Assembly (NCBI GenBank): GCA_963721525.1
Contig: CAVRJL010000015.1
Location: 64,001 to 128,000, forward strand
Direction: 5' to 3'
Length of the DNA stretch: 64,000 nt
Origin: an uncultured Negativicutes bacterium
Lineage (GTDB): Bacteria > Bacillota > Negativicutes > JBAXTZ01
The notes below the pieces were generated by a model. It saw only the letters and a program-made list of their open reading frames with translations. It was not told where the DNA came from and searched no databases. Shown here one piece after another: positions 1 through 10,408 of the stretch (position 1 is the first letter of the stretch; each line of letters starts with the position of its first letter). A program made the position numbers and the translations under genes.

Positions 1-188
1 TCTAAAGAATTACATACTATTATATTATGTTCTTCCAGCCATCTAACAACTTGTTTATTATGAATTAGTTCCCCTAACGTTTCTACGGGTGTATTTTTAT
101 TGGTAACTGCAGCGGCTTTTATTGCTAGATCAACCGCTCTTTTTACCCCGTAGCAAAACCCCATATGCTGTGCTTTGATAACCTTCAT
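1..188 (-). CDS. ispH: 4-hydroxy-3-methylbut-2-enyl diphosphate reductase IspH/LytB, 5' part (runs off the window edge)
   Basis: Not in the ORF track. Manual translation from ATG at 188: MKVIKAQHMGFCYGVKRAVDLA...TLGELIHNKQVV, with the IspH GFCxGVxRA and LIHN motifs; usual cmk-plsC-ispH order. Confidence 0.93.
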   Translation of the reverse strand, partial: MKVIKAQHMGFCYGVKRAVDLAIKAAAVTNKNTPVETLGELIHNKQVVRWLEEHNIIVCNSL

Positions 189-785
189 TTATTTATGCTG
201 CTCCAATAAATTTAAAATACTATTGTAAAGTTCTTTAGTAAGATTAACTACCCCTTGTTCATCTTTAGAATATTTTTTTGAATCTATCGGTTTACCGAAG
301 ACTACTTTTATTTTGCTTAAAAAAAATAGCTTTCTCGTACTTATTATAACTGTAGGTACAATTAAAACATTTGTTTTAATTGCAACAAGCGCCGCTCCCT
401 TATTAAATGTTTGTATTTGATTATTACGATTATTACGTGTGCCTTCGGGGAAAATTCCCAAAGTTTTTCCTAACTTAATTATTCTTATCGCTTGTCGAAG
501 AGCTAAAGCTGCACTACTTGTTTTACTTCTTTCTACAGGAAAAACATCGAATTTTTTTAATAAACACGAAATAAAAGGGTTTTTAAATAATTCTGCTTTT
601 GCCATATAAGCTAAATTTACCCTAAAAGGTACTACGCAACCCACAATTAGAGGATCTAAGGCGTGAAAATGATTTGCCGCGATTATACAAGCACTGTTTG
701 GCATATTTTTTCGTCCTATAACTTTTAATCTGAATATAATTCTAAAAATAATTTCTACGATAATTTTAGAAACAAACTTTAACAC
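189..785 (-). CDS. plsC: 1-acyl-sn-glycerol-3-phosphate acyltransferase
   Basis: NHxxxxD (NHFHALD), MAKAELF and FPEGTR acyltransferase motifs. Confidence 0.92.
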   Translation of the reverse strand: MLKFVSKIIVEIIFRIIFRLKVIGRKNMPNSACIIAANHFHALDPLIVGCVVPFRVNLAYMAKAELFKNPFISCLLKKFDVFPVERSKTSSAALALRQAIRIIKLGKTLGIFPEGTRNNRNNQIQTFNKGAALVAIKTNVLIVPTVIISTRKLFFLSKIKVVFGKPIDSKKYSKDEQGVVNLTKELYNSILNLLEQHK

Positions 786-1450
786 AAATATTCCTTATAT
801 AAAGTCATTATTTTATTTATTATTTCCTTAGCAGTTGTATTTGTAGTATCAATCTCCACAGCATCATAGGCTTTAACTAAAGGCGAGATTTCCCTCATAC
901 TATCTAATAAATCACGTTCTATTATATTTTTCTTTAAACTTTCATAATCTATTGACATCCCTTTCTTTTTTAACTGATAATGTCGACGCTTTATTCTTTC
1001 ATTAATATCTGCATCAAGAAATATTTTTAATTCCGCATCAGGTAACACAACTGTTCCTATATCTCTGCCTTCAATTATTATACCACCTGCCACGCTTAAT
1101 TGTTTTTGTATTTTTAGCAAAACTTGTCTAACTACTTTTGATCTTGCTATTAATGATACATAATTGGATACTTTAGGGTTTCTTATCTCTTTAGTTATAT
1201 CTTGCTTATTTGCAAATACGAACGTTTTTGCCTTTTCATATTTTACCAATATATTATATTTATATATAAGCTTTTGTAGTTTCTCTTCTTCAGAATATTT
1301 AATGTTCTCTTTAAGGGCTATCCAGCAAATAGCGCGATACATAGCTCCAGTGTCTAAATATTCGTAATTCAACTTATTTGCTAGTAGCTTAGCTATGGTG
1401 CTTTTTCCTGCTCCAGCAGGTCCGTCTATAGCAATGCAGATTTTTTTCAT
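779..1450 (-). CDS. cmk: Cytidylate kinase
   Basis: IAIDGPAGAGKST, DTGAMYR, EGRDIGTVV motifs. Confidence 0.97.
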   Translation of the reverse strand: MKKICIAIDGPAGAGKSTIAKLLANKLNYEYLDTGAMYRAICWIALKENIKYSEEEKLQKLIYKYNILVKYEKAKTFVFANKQDITKEIRNPKVSNYVSLIARSKVVRQVLLKIQKQLSVAGGIIIEGRDIGTVVLPDAELKIFLDADINERIKRRHYQLKKKGMSIDYESLKKNIIERDLLDSMREISPLVKAYDAVEIDTTNTTAKEIINKIMTLYKEYLC

Positions 1451-1481
1451 AGTTTATCGTCACCTTACATAAATATATATT

Positions 1482-2726
1482 TTAATAATTATTTAACGCT
1501 GCATCTTTCCCAGCAACATATCCTGTAGTAAAGGCTATTTGTAAATTATATCCCCCTGTATTTGCGTCAACATCGATTGTTTCGCCTACAAAATATAATC
1601 CTTTTACTTTTTTGCACATTAACGTTTGTGTTTCAAGTTCTTTTACACAAATACCTCCTACAGTGACTATTGACTCGCTTATAGGCCTTTTCCCTTTCAA
1701 TTGTATAGGAAAACTTTGTAATAAATAAACGATTGTCAAACGTTCTTTTTTAGTTAATTGACTTACTTGTTTATATTCATTAATTCCGCTCAATTTTACA
1801 AAAATCGGTATAATAGCTAAAGGCAATAACTTATTTAAAGAATTTTTAAAATATTTTTTAGAAAATTTCTCAAAATCTCTTATTACTCGCGCTTCTAATT
1901 GTTGTAAATTTAATGCCGGTTTTAAATTTAAATTTATCTGCCATTTATCTTTATTAAAATCAGCATTTAGTAATTTTCTGCTTATTGTTAATATAATTGG
2001 CCCACTCAATCCAAAATCTGTAAATAATAATTCTCCAAATTTTTCATCAATTTTTTTATCATTTTTGTATAAAGAAACTTTTATATTGTTCAAATTTAAG
2101 CCTTCTAAAGTTTTTATCCAGCTGTTTAACGATACTAAAGGAACAAGCGCAGGTTTGGGTTCGACAACTTTGATATTAAGTTTGTTTGCCATTTTTATTC
2201 CATCTCCGGTAGAACCTGTACCTGGATAAGATAATCCGCCTGTTGCAATAATTATTCTATCTGAATTAATTTTTTTATCGTCAGATAAGATAATTGATTT
2301 TACTTTATTATTACTAATTTTAATTTCTTTTACTTTTGTTTTAATGTAAGTTGAAACTTTATATTGTCTCAAGATTTTTTTGAATGTTTCTACTACATCA
2401 GTTGCATTATCGCTTTCAGGGAAAACTCGTCCGCCTCGTTCTACTTTTAATTTTAAACCGTGCTGTTTAAAAAAATTCATCAGATCTTTATTGTTAAATT
2501 TAGCTAAAGCACTATATAAAAAAACTCCGTTGCCGGGAACATTTTTTATAAATTTATCTAATTCGCAAATATTAGTAATATTGCATCTACCTTTTCCTGT
2601 TATTTTAAGTTTTTTCCCTAAAATATCGTTTTTTTCCAATAACAACACTTGTGCTCCATATTTAGCTGCAGTTATCGCAGCCATTAATCCTGAAGCTCCC
2701 GCACCAACAACTACAACTTTTACCAT
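1482..2726 (-). CDS. HI0933/YhiN/YtfP-family flavoprotein
   Basis: GAGASG Rossmann motif, GKGRCNITN, ATGGLSYPGTGSTGDG, TGGYNLQIA. Confidence 0.92.
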   Translation of the reverse strand: MVKVVVVGAGASGLMAAITAAKYGAQVLLLEKNDILGKKLKITGKGRCNITNICELDKFIKNVPGNGVFLYSALAKFNNKDLMNFFKQHGLKLKVERGGRVFPESDNATDVVETFKKILRQYKVSTYIKTKVKEIKISNNKVKSIILSDDKKINSDRIIIATGGLSYPGTGSTGDGIKMANKLNIKVVEPKPALVPLVSLNSWIKTLEGLNLNNIKVSLYKNDKKIDEKFGELLFTDFGLSGPIILTISRKLLNADFNKDKWQINLNLKPALNLQQLEARVIRDFEKFSKKYFKNSLNKLLPLAIIPIFVKLSGINEYKQVSQLTKKERLTIVYLLQSFPIQLKGKRPISESIVTVGGICVKELETQTLMCKKVKGLYFVGETIDVDANTGGYNLQIAFTTGYVAGKDAALNNY

Positions 2727-2742
2727 ATACGCCTTTCAATAA

Positions 2743-3495
2743 TCAACTGTTTAACGGTTCCATCAACTTTTTATTTACTAATTCAAACAATTTTTTTATC
2801 TCTTTTTTTTGCAATCTTCTATATTGTCCACGACGGATTCCTTTCAAATCTAAAAAAGCGAATTTAGTTCTTACTAAAGACCTTATCCTAAAGCCAAATT
2901 TTTCCAGCATTCTTCTTACTTGCCTATTTTTACCTTCGCAAATAGAAATTTCTAACTCGCTCATCTTTTTAACTTCATCTGTAATTAGCATATTTATTTG
3001 TTCAGGAATTATAACATAGTTGTCAAGTTCAATACCTGCTTTCAATTGTTCCATTTGTGCTCTATTTGGTATCGAATCTATTTTTACTTTATATGTTTTT
3101 TTTATTTTATATTTAGGGTGTATTAACTTATTGGCCAAATTACCGTCATTTGTAAGTAATAATAATCCTTCAGTATTATAATCAAGCCTGCCTATAGGAA
3201 AAATTCTTTCTTTAATATTAGGGAAATAATCTAGCACTGTTTTTCTTTCAAATTGATCGCTACAAGTTGTAACAATACCTTTTGACTTATGAAATAATAA
3301 ATATACTTTTTTTTGAAGTGTAAGTAATCTATCATTTACTTTTATTCTGTCTTTTTCCATATCTGCGCATACACCAAGTTTATTAACTATTTTATCGTTT
3401 ATTGTTACTTTTTCAGCTAATATTAATTTTTCGGCAGCTCTCCTTGACATTAATCCAGATAAAGCTATTAACTTTTGTAATCGTTCTTTTACCAT
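2743..3495 (-). CDS. rluB: rRNA pseudouridine synthase, RsuA/RluB family
   Basis: N-terminal S4 (ERLQKLIA...SRRAAE), GRLDYNTEGLLLLTNDG with catalytic Asp, EGKNRQVRRM. Confidence 0.9.
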   Translation of the reverse strand: MVKERLQKLIALSGLMSRRAAEKLILAEKVTINDKIVNKLGVCADMEKDRIKVNDRLLTLQKKVYLLFHKSKGIVTTCSDQFERKTVLDYFPNIKERIFPIGRLDYNTEGLLLLTNDGNLANKLIHPKYKIKKTYKVKIDSIPNRAQMEQLKAGIELDNYVIIPEQINMLITDEVKKMSELEISICEGKNRQVRRMLEKFGFRIRSLVRTKFAFLDLKGIRRGQYRRLQKKEIKKLFELVNKKLMEPLNS

Positions 3496-3789
3496 TATTT
3501 CCTCAATTTTACAACTTTATAATTTATTTATAAAGCTATAAATTATTTTTACCAAAAAAACAAAAAGCAATTTTCTTTTAATCGTTTTATTTGATACTAA
3601 TAGAATAGATTAAGTTTTCTTTTTGTAAAAACATACATCTAGTTGCTTTACTTGTTAATCATATCTTATCGGTGCATTAACTTTATTTTTCAAATTAGGT
3701 TTCAGTGTTATGCCTACAACATAAAAATTACCCTTACCTTGCATTTTTACTTTACTGAATATTGTCTTTTTATTTCACAATTTTTCACT

Positions 3790-3980
3790 TTTAACAGAGA
3801 AACCATAATTTAATATTTTTGCCGTATATTCCCAGTTATTATCATCACTTAAAACAACGGCTCTTAATTAAATTCTATTATTTTTCCCCTACTATTAAAC
3901 AAGACCCTGTATTTTTAATATAACCTGTTTTATCGCTATTACAATCTATATACCTCCAAAGTATTTTATTTTCTACTAAA
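3790..3980 (-). pseudogene. Decayed D-alanyl-D-alanine carboxypeptidase (DacB-like) remnant
   Basis: Fragments translate as ENKILWRYIDCNSDKTGYIKNTGSCLI and AVVLSDDNNWEYTAKILNYGFS, matching the S11 carboxypeptidase KTG(Y) region; dacB precedes rluB in Bacillus-type order. No intact ORF. Confidence 0.65.
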
Positions 3981-4049
3981 CCAAAATTAAAAAGCGCTAA
4001 CCATGCTCAAAAGAACTCCCAAATTTTAAAAGCAGTTTATTAAGAATAC

Positions 4050-4697
4050 TCATTTCCCTTTCATCTTCTTTATTATTAAATAAGGATCTTGTACGTTAAA
4101 TATCGCAGACCCAGTAACTAAAATTTGTGCCCCTGCTTCAATCGATTTTTGGGCCCAATGAATATTTATTCCGCCATCTACCTCAATTAGAGCTCTACTA
4201 TTTCTCCTTTTTAAAAGTTTTTTTAATGTTCTTATTTTATTTAATGAATTTTCTATGAAGGTTTGTCCTCCAAAACCAGGGTTAACACTCATTATTAATA
4301 TCAAATCCGTATCATTTACTATTTCTTCTATATCACTCAATGATGTTTCAGGGTTAATAGATACTCCTGCTTTACATCCTAAACCTTTTATTTGCTTTAC
4401 TAATTTTTGTAAATGTTTCACTGCTTCAACATGTACGGTTATATAGTCTGCGCCTGCAATCGCAAATTCTTTTATATAACGTTCAGGATGTTCTATCATT
4501 AAATGTACATCAAATACTTTGTTAGTTGCTTTTCTCAAATATTTAACCATTCTAGGACCAAAAGTAATATTTGGTACAAACATTCCGTCCATAATATCAA
4601 TATGTATCCAATCAGTTCCTAAATTAGACATATTTTTTACTTCAAATAATAAATTTCCTAGGTCAGCAGCAAGAATCGATGCCGCAATTTTTACCAT
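4050..4697 (-). CDS. rpe: Ribulose-phosphate 3-epimerase
   Basis: HIDIMDGMFVPN, DVHLMI, MSVNPGFGGQ, EVDGGI motifs. Confidence 0.97.
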   Translation of the reverse strand: MVKIAASILAADLGNLLFEVKNMSNLGTDWIHIDIMDGMFVPNITFGPRMVKYLRKATNKVFDVHLMIEHPERYIKEFAIAGADYITVHVEAVKHLQKLVKQIKGLGCKAGVSINPETSLSDIEEIVNDTDLILIMSVNPGFGGQTFIENSLNKIRTLKKLLKRRNSRALIEVDGGINIHWAQKSIEAGAQILVTGSAIFNVQDPYLIIKKMKGK

Positions 4698-4705
4698 ACA
4701 AGCTC

Positions 4706-6631
4706 CTAAAAATCTTTTTCTTTTACTATATTTCCATTCAAAATAATTTGGTACTTACCTCTACCTACTGTATTTATAAATTTTTTTATTATATCTCCAG
4801 CTTTGTTGATATTATCATATACTATATTTTCTCCTTTATTATCAAATATTATAATTTTTATTCTTTGCTGTTTTAAACTATTTGGGACAATATAACTGAT
4901 ATTTATGCCTTCTCGAATTGTATTATTGTTTGAAATATCGATATCTATTGTACTGCCACTTAAAATTGGCTTGCCGGCAGCAGGAATTTGATTTATTATT
5001 ATACCATTTGCATTTTGATAAGATTGAATTTCGTTGATTTTTCCAAATTTAAGTTTCATTGAAGAGAGAATTCCCATAGCTTGAATTTTATTTTTACCTA
5101 TAATATTGGGAACTGTTATTTTACTAATATTTTCTTTACCTATTATTATCTGTATTTTTTGTCCTTTAACTACCCGATTACCTGCATATGGATCCTGATA
5201 AAGAATCTTTCCGCTGTCTATAGCATAAGACTCAACTTCTCCTATTTTTTCCAATCTTAATCTGAGAATATTTAAAATATTGATTGCTTCTTCTTTTTTT
5301 AATCCTTTTAAATTTGGTACAATAATATATGCATTTTCCTTTTTCTTAATATATGCATTTTCCTTTTCCTTTCCCTTACTAACAGTTAACTTTACTGTTT
5401 GTCTTTCTTTTACAATTTTACCTGGTTCAGGATTTTGAGAAATGATAGTTCCTATCGGAATACTTGCGCTATATGTTTCCACAATATTTACGCGTAAATT
5501 TTGGTCAATCAAAATATTTTCTCCAATGTCAAGTTGTTTTCCCTTAACATCAGCAACTACAACGTCTTTATTAACGAAAAACTTACTATAAGATAATAAC
5601 ACTCCTGTTGTAAATCCAATTAAGGATAGGAACAAAATAGCTATTATTATAAAGGTTTGCGATTTTTTTCTGTTGTTATTCTCAATGTTGCCTTTTTCTT
5701 TTTTTTTATCTGTCAAAGTATTATTTATTTTAGGTATTTTTACTAATTTAGTCGCAGTTTCTTTATCTTCTTTAAAATTATTGGCTTTATATTGTGTTAA
5801 ACTTGTTTTTATATCTTCTATAAATTCTTCAATGTTAATATATCGCGCAGTTATTTCTTTTTCTATTGACATATTAACAATAGCCGCTATTTTCCTCGAA
5901 ATATTGTTATTAACTTTTTTTACAGATTGAGGAATTTCCTGTATGTGTTTTAAAGCTATACTTATAGGCGTTTCTCCAGTAAATGGTACTGTACCTGTCA
6001 ACATTTCATATAATACTATTCCCAGTGAATATATATCAGATTGATGATTTACGCTTATTCCTTTAGCTTGTTCAGGCGAAATATAATGCACAGACCCGAG
6101 AATGGTGTCCGTGCAAGCAAGTGTTGCTGAAGTAATTGCGCGCGCTATTCCAAAATCGGCAACTTTTACAATTTCAGCTTCATTAATAAGAATATTGTGA
6201 GGTTTAATATCGCAATGAACTATATTATTCATATGCGCTATTTTTAATGCTTGAGCTATTTGTAGCGCAATGTTTAAAGCTTGAGTTATAGAAAATTTTT
6301 CTTCTCGTTGGAGTTTTTCTTTTAATGTTTCTCCTTTAATGTATTCCATTATTATGTAGTATACGTTATTTTCCACCCCAACATCAAATATATTTACTAT
6401 ATTAGGATGTATCAATTTAGCAGCAGATTGTGCTTCGCAGCGAAAACGCTTAATGAAATCGCTATCATTTATATATTCTTCTCTTAAAATTTTTACTGCA
6501 ACTTCTCGTTGTAATGAATTATCATAACCTCTATAAACTTCAGCCATACCGCCGCCGCCTATATACGCAATTAGTTTATAACGGCCGTTTTTTCCAAAAG
6601 TTTTACCTTCTAAATTCACAAAATCCTCCAA
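4706..6631 (-). CDS. prkC: PASTA-domain Ser/Thr protein kinase PrkC/PknB
   Basis: GGGGMAEVY, HCDIKPHN, DFGIARA, GSVHYISPEQ; TM helix followed by three PASTA-like repeats; TTG start. Confidence 0.95.
   Translation of the reverse strand: MEDFVNLEGKTFGKNGRYKLIAYIGGGGMAEVYRGYDNSLQREVAVKILREEYINDSDFIKRFRCEAQSAAKLIHPNIVNIFDVGVENNVYYIIMEYIKGETLKEKLQREEKFSITQALNIALQIAQALKIAHMNNIVHCDIKPHNILINEAEIVKVADFGIARAITSATLACTDTILGSVHYISPEQAKGISVNHQSDIYSLGIVLYEMLTGTVPFTGETPISIALKHIQEIPQSVKKVNNNISRKIAAIVNMSIEKEITARYINIEEFIEDIKTSLTQYKANNFKEDKETATKLVKIPKINNTLTDKKKEKGNIENNNRKKSQTFIIIAILFLSLIGFTTGVLLSYSKFFVNKDVVVADVKGKQLDIGENILIDQNLRVNIVETYSASIPIGTIISQNPEPGKIVKERQTVKLTVSKGKEKENAYIKKKENAYIIVPNLKGLKKEEAINILNILRLRLEKIGEVESYAIDSGKILYQDPYAGNRVVKGQKIQIIIGKENISKITVPNIIGKNKIQAMGILSSMKLKFGKINEIQSYQNANGIIINQIPAAGKPILSGSTIDIDISNNNTIREGINISYIVPNSLKQQRIKIIIFDNKGENIVYDNINKAGDIIKKFINTVGRGKYQIILNGNIVKEKDF
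5323..5367. repeat. 24-bp-period tandem duplication inside prkC
   Basis: taatatatgcattttcctttt at 5323 and 5347; protein reads KENAYIKKKENAYII. Confidence 0.9.
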
Positions 6632-6664
6632 TTTCTTTGAAAATAGAACTGTTCCAATTAAAAG

Positions 6665-7371
6665 TTAATTAATATATCTTATTAATATTACTGTTATATT
6701 ATCACTACCCCCATTAAAGTTTGCTTGCTCAATCAGTCTATTCACTTTTTTTCTATGCTAAATTCGTTTTCTAATATTTTTACAATTTTTTCATGATTAA
6801 CCATATTAGTAAGTCCGTCTGTGCATAGTAATAAAAAATCTTCTTTCTGTATATTTAAAACTCCTTTATCTATTCTAATGGTATTTCTCATTCCTAAAGA
6901 ATAAAGCAAAATGTTTCTTTTAGGATGGATTTCTGCTTCTTTTTTAGTCAATAAACCTTTTTCTACCATCATCCTGATATAAGAATGATCTACCGTAATT
7001 TGTTTTAGTTTTCCGCTGCGATATAAATACAATCTACTATCCCCTATATGAGCCCAATATGCTTTTTCTTTATTAATAGCTAATGCTGTTGCTGTAGTAC
7101 CCATACCGACACATGATTGCAATTTTGATTGTTTTATTATAATTTCATTTGCTTTTATAAAAGCTTCTTTAAGTATAATAGCAATTTTTTTTTCGTGCTT
7201 AAAATGTGCAGCTGATTTTTTTATTGTTTCTACAGCTATATTACTTGCAACTTCACCTGCTATATGTCCTCCCATACCATCAGCAACAATAAAAAAATCT
7301 TTTTCTGCAAAAAAACAATCTTCATTATTTCCCCTTATTTTCCCTATATTTGTTTTACCGACAAACTGCAT
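6665..7371 (-). pseudogene. prpC: PP2C-type Ser/Thr phosphatase PrpC/Stp1, frameshifted near the 3' end
   Basis: RGNNED, VADGMGG, MGTT, HIGDSR, CTDGL motifs. Reads GAA AAA AAG TGA at the T7 run 6746-6752; one more A gives KKVNRLIEQANFNGGSDNITVILIRYIN*, restoring the GGxDN motif. Start taken at the ATG at 7371 with a GAGGT RBS. Confidence 0.88.
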
Positions 7372-7394
7372 AATAACCTCGTTAAAATAAAAAA

Positions 7395-8738
7395 TCATTC
7401 TACTTTCTGAAGTAAAGCAAAAAAAAATCCGTCTGTTCTATCCTCAAACGGAAGCATTTTAATAAAATTGCCACTTTTTTGTTTACATGGTAGTCTTTTT
7501 GAAGCATTTAGTACTTTAAAATTATTATTAACAGACAAAAATTTTTTTATAACATTTTCATTTTCGTCAACTTCCAAAGTACAAGTAGAATACAAAATTT
7601 CTCCTCCTGATTTAATTACCTTTGAAGCCTTATTTAACATATCAAACTGTAATTTTGGTAAATGCTGTATTTTATCTAAATTTTTATTCCAACGTAAGTC
7701 AGCTTTTTTACGCAATATGCCTAAACCAGAACATGGTACGTCTAAGAGAAGTTTATCAACTTGGTTTTCATATTTATTTCCTAAGTTATACGAGTTAATT
7801 AACATAGGTTTTATAATATCTATACCGCATAAAACGGTATTTTGTTTTAAAAGCTTTAATTTATGATCATAAATATCACAGCTTATAACTTTACCTTTAT
7901 TCCCCATCAAAATAGCAATATGCGTAGATTTACCACCTGGAGCGGCACAAGCGTCAATAATAAATTGTCCAGGCTTAGGCTCTAAAATATGTGCAGCAAG
8001 TTGAGAGCTTTCGTCTTGAATAACAGCTAAGCCTAATTTCAATTCCTCGAAATTCGCCATACTAATAGAATAATCTATTAATATACCTTCAGGCGTCCAC
8101 ACAGACTCATGTGCCACTTGTTTTTGTTTATTCAATTTTACAAGGAGTTTTTCTCTTGTTATCCGCAAAGTATTAGTGCGTATACTAAGAAATGAAGGGT
8201 TATTATTAAATTGGCAAAATTTTTCCGTATTTTCAAAACCAAATTCATTTAACCATTTTTCTATAAGCCATTCGGGATGAAAATATTTCAACGATAAAAA
8301 CTTACTTGTAAAATTTTTTTTATCAGGATATTTTATTTTTTTAGGGATTCTAACTGCTGATCTCAAAACCGCATTGATAAACTTACTGGCTCCTATATTA
8401 CAATATTTTTTTGCTAAATTAACTGACTCATTACAAGCAGCAGATGCTGGTATCTTATTCATTAAAAATAATTGGTAGAAACCCAACCTTAAAATATTTA
8501 ACGCTTGATTTTCAATACCGGCAAAATTTTTAACATAAAAACTAATCATCCAATCAAGCGTTTTTTGAGCTCGTGTAACGCCATAAGTTAGTTCTGTAAA
8601 CAGTTTTCTATCTAAATCTGATATTTTATATTTATTTAATATTTTTGTTAATATTATATTAGAATAAGCGCCTTTGTTTACAATTTCATTAAAAGCGATT
8701 AAAGAGGCTTCTCTTGCTGATATTTTTTGTTTATTCAA
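7395..8738 (-). CDS. rsmB: 16S rRNA m5C967 methyltransferase RsmB
   Basis: NusB-like N-terminus, QDESSQ, DACAAPGGKS, DVPCSG, YSTCT. Confidence 0.95.
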   Translation of the reverse strand: MNKQKISAREASLIAFNEIVNKGAYSNIILTKILNKYKISDLDRKLFTELTYGVTRAQKTLDWMISFYVKNFAGIENQALNILRLGFYQLFLMNKIPASAACNESVNLAKKYCNIGASKFINAVLRSAVRIPKKIKYPDKKNFTSKFLSLKYFHPEWLIEKWLNEFGFENTEKFCQFNNNPSFLSIRTNTLRITREKLLVKLNKQKQVAHESVWTPEGILIDYSISMANFEELKLGLAVIQDESSQLAAHILEPKPGQFIIDACAAPGGKSTHIAILMGNKGKVISCDIYDHKLKLLKQNTVLCGIDIIKPMLINSYNLGNKYENQVDKLLLDVPCSGLGILRKKADLRWNKNLDKIQHLPKLQFDMLNKASKVIKSGGEILYSTCTLEVDENENVIKKFLSVNNNFKVLNASKRLPCKQKSGNFIKMLPFEDRTDGFFFALLQKVE

Positions 8739-9477
8739 CTTTTAAAAACTTCCTTATTTTTCTCTTTAATTCCTCAATACTAACATCTGTATTTATGCAA
8801 GGCCCATTTAATCGTTTATTAAGTATACCTACTATCGGCAAAGGGAATATATCCATAATACCACTTATTAAATCCCTTTCGCATGCCACTGCAAGCAAAG
8901 CTTTAGGTTTAATTTCTTTAATAACTTTACGCGCCAATGTTCCTCCTGTTGCGATAAATAATCTTATGCTATATAATTTTTTTATTTCCAATATCTCTTT
9001 TATTTTACACTTTCCGCATTTTATACAATTTTCGGGATTTATAGTTATCCTTATTTTACATTGCGAATTTTGTATACAATGTGGAATTAAGAGCAATAAT
9101 TCTTTAGGTTTTATTTTTTTTTTTAAATATAAGCTATTGTTAAAAGCAATAAAAGATTGTTGTATCTTATTTTGTTCATTTTTAAAAATTTTTCCTATAA
9201 CAATAATTGTATAAAAAAATAAACAAATGTACACCCAGATATGCTCAAAAAGTTTTTGCCATATCTTATAACCTTTTACCGCAAATATTGCTGTTATTAG
9301 AATACATAACAAATAAAATTCAACCAATATAATTAAATACGTAAAAATTTGCCCTATGTTAACATTTATAAAAGTTAAACTAGCAATACTTATTTTCCAA
9401 AGTGCAATAAATATTATCATTTTTACTATTAATAGAGTACAAAAGCAACGTATAAATAAGTAAGGACTTTCAAACAA
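8731..9477 (-). CDS. DUF116-family membrane-anchored protein
   Basis: N-terminal TM segments, PHCIQ, CxxCxxC, ATGGTLAR, AVACERDL, GPCINT; typical position between fmt and rsmB. Confidence 0.85.
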   Translation of the reverse strand: MFESPYLFIRCFCTLLIVKMIIFIALWKISIASLTFINVNIGQIFTYLIILVEFYLLCILITAIFAVKGYKIWQKLFEHIWVYICLFFYTIIVIGKIFKNEQNKIQQSFIAFNNSLYLKKKIKPKELLLLIPHCIQNSQCKIRITINPENCIKCGKCKIKEILEIKKLYSIRLFIATGGTLARKVIKEIKPKALLAVACERDLISGIMDIFPLPIVGILNKRLNGPCINTDVSIEELKRKIRKFLKVE

Positions 9478-10408
9478 GTTTATCTCCTACTACAATGTTT
9501 CTGCTATTGGCAAAATCCACAGCTCTAGTTTTATTTTTATTGGCAATTTGAATTTCATCCAACTTTACGCTATTTTGCCCACAACTGATAAAAATACCGG
9601 TACGATCTATTTCGGCAACTATGCCTACAGGTAAATTTTTATAGTTACGTTTTATGGGTGTTGCCGACCAAATTTTCAATATTTTTTCTTTCAATAATGA
9701 ATATGCTCCCGGGTACGGATTAAGGGAACGAATAAGATTTACTATATCTTGAGCAGGTAGTTTCCAATTTATTTTTTCTGTGGTTTTATTTATTTTGGGT
9801 GCGTATGTGGCATTTTCGTTATTTTGTTTTATAGGTTTTATTTTTTTATTAAATAAACCTTCCAAAGTCCTTTGCAACAAATACGCGCCTTTTACGCTCA
9901 TTTTATCATGTAACTGCCCCATAGTTTCTTTTTCATCAATATAAATTTTTTGAGCAAGTAAAATATCACCTGTATCCAACCCTTCGTCAATAAGAATTGT
10001 CGTATTTCCTGTTTCTTTTTCTCCGTTTATTATCACTCTTTGAATAGGAGCTGCTCCTCTATATTTAGGTAATAAGGAGGCGTGTAAATTCACGCAACCA
10101 AAAAGCGGAATATTCAAAACAGTTTTAGGCAACATTTGCCCAAAAGATATAACAACGATACTATCAGGATTTAAATTGTAAATATGCCATAGTACAGATT
10201 TAGCTGATATTTTTTCCGATTGGTATATAGGTAATCCTAAATTAAGAGCACACATTTTTACAGGTGAATATCTAATTTTATTTCCTCTACCCTGTGGTTT
10301 ATCAGGTTGAGTATAAACTGCTACTATTTCATACTTATTTTTATAAATAAGTTTTAAACTAGGTACAGCAAACCTGGAAGTTCCCATAAAAACTATTTTC
10401 TCATTCAT
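9470..10408 (-). CDS. fmt: Methionyl-tRNA formyltransferase
   Basis: FMGT, TQPD, NLHASLLPKYRGAAPI, LDTGDI. Confidence 0.97.
   Translation of the reverse strand: MNEKIVFMGTSRFAVPSLKLIYKNKYEIVAVYTQPDKPQGRGNKIRYSPVKMCALNLGLPIYQSEKISAKSVLWHIYNLNPDSIVVISFGQMLPKTVLNIPLFGCVNLHASLLPKYRGAAPIQRVIINGEKETGNTTILIDEGLDTGDILLAQKIYIDEKETMGQLHDKMSVKGAYLLQRTLEGLFNKKIKPIKQNNENATYAPKINKTTEKINWKLPAQDIVNLIRSLNPYPGAYSLLKEKILKIWSATPIKRNYKNLPVGIVAEIDRTGIFISCGQNSVKLDEIQIANKNKTRAVDFANSRNIVVGDKLV

Noticed and set aside
6742-6744. TGA recoding (alternative genetic code) as the cause of split genes
   Set aside because: The missing parts lie in other frames, conserved Trp residues use TGG, and TGA ends complete genes such as rpe and rluB.
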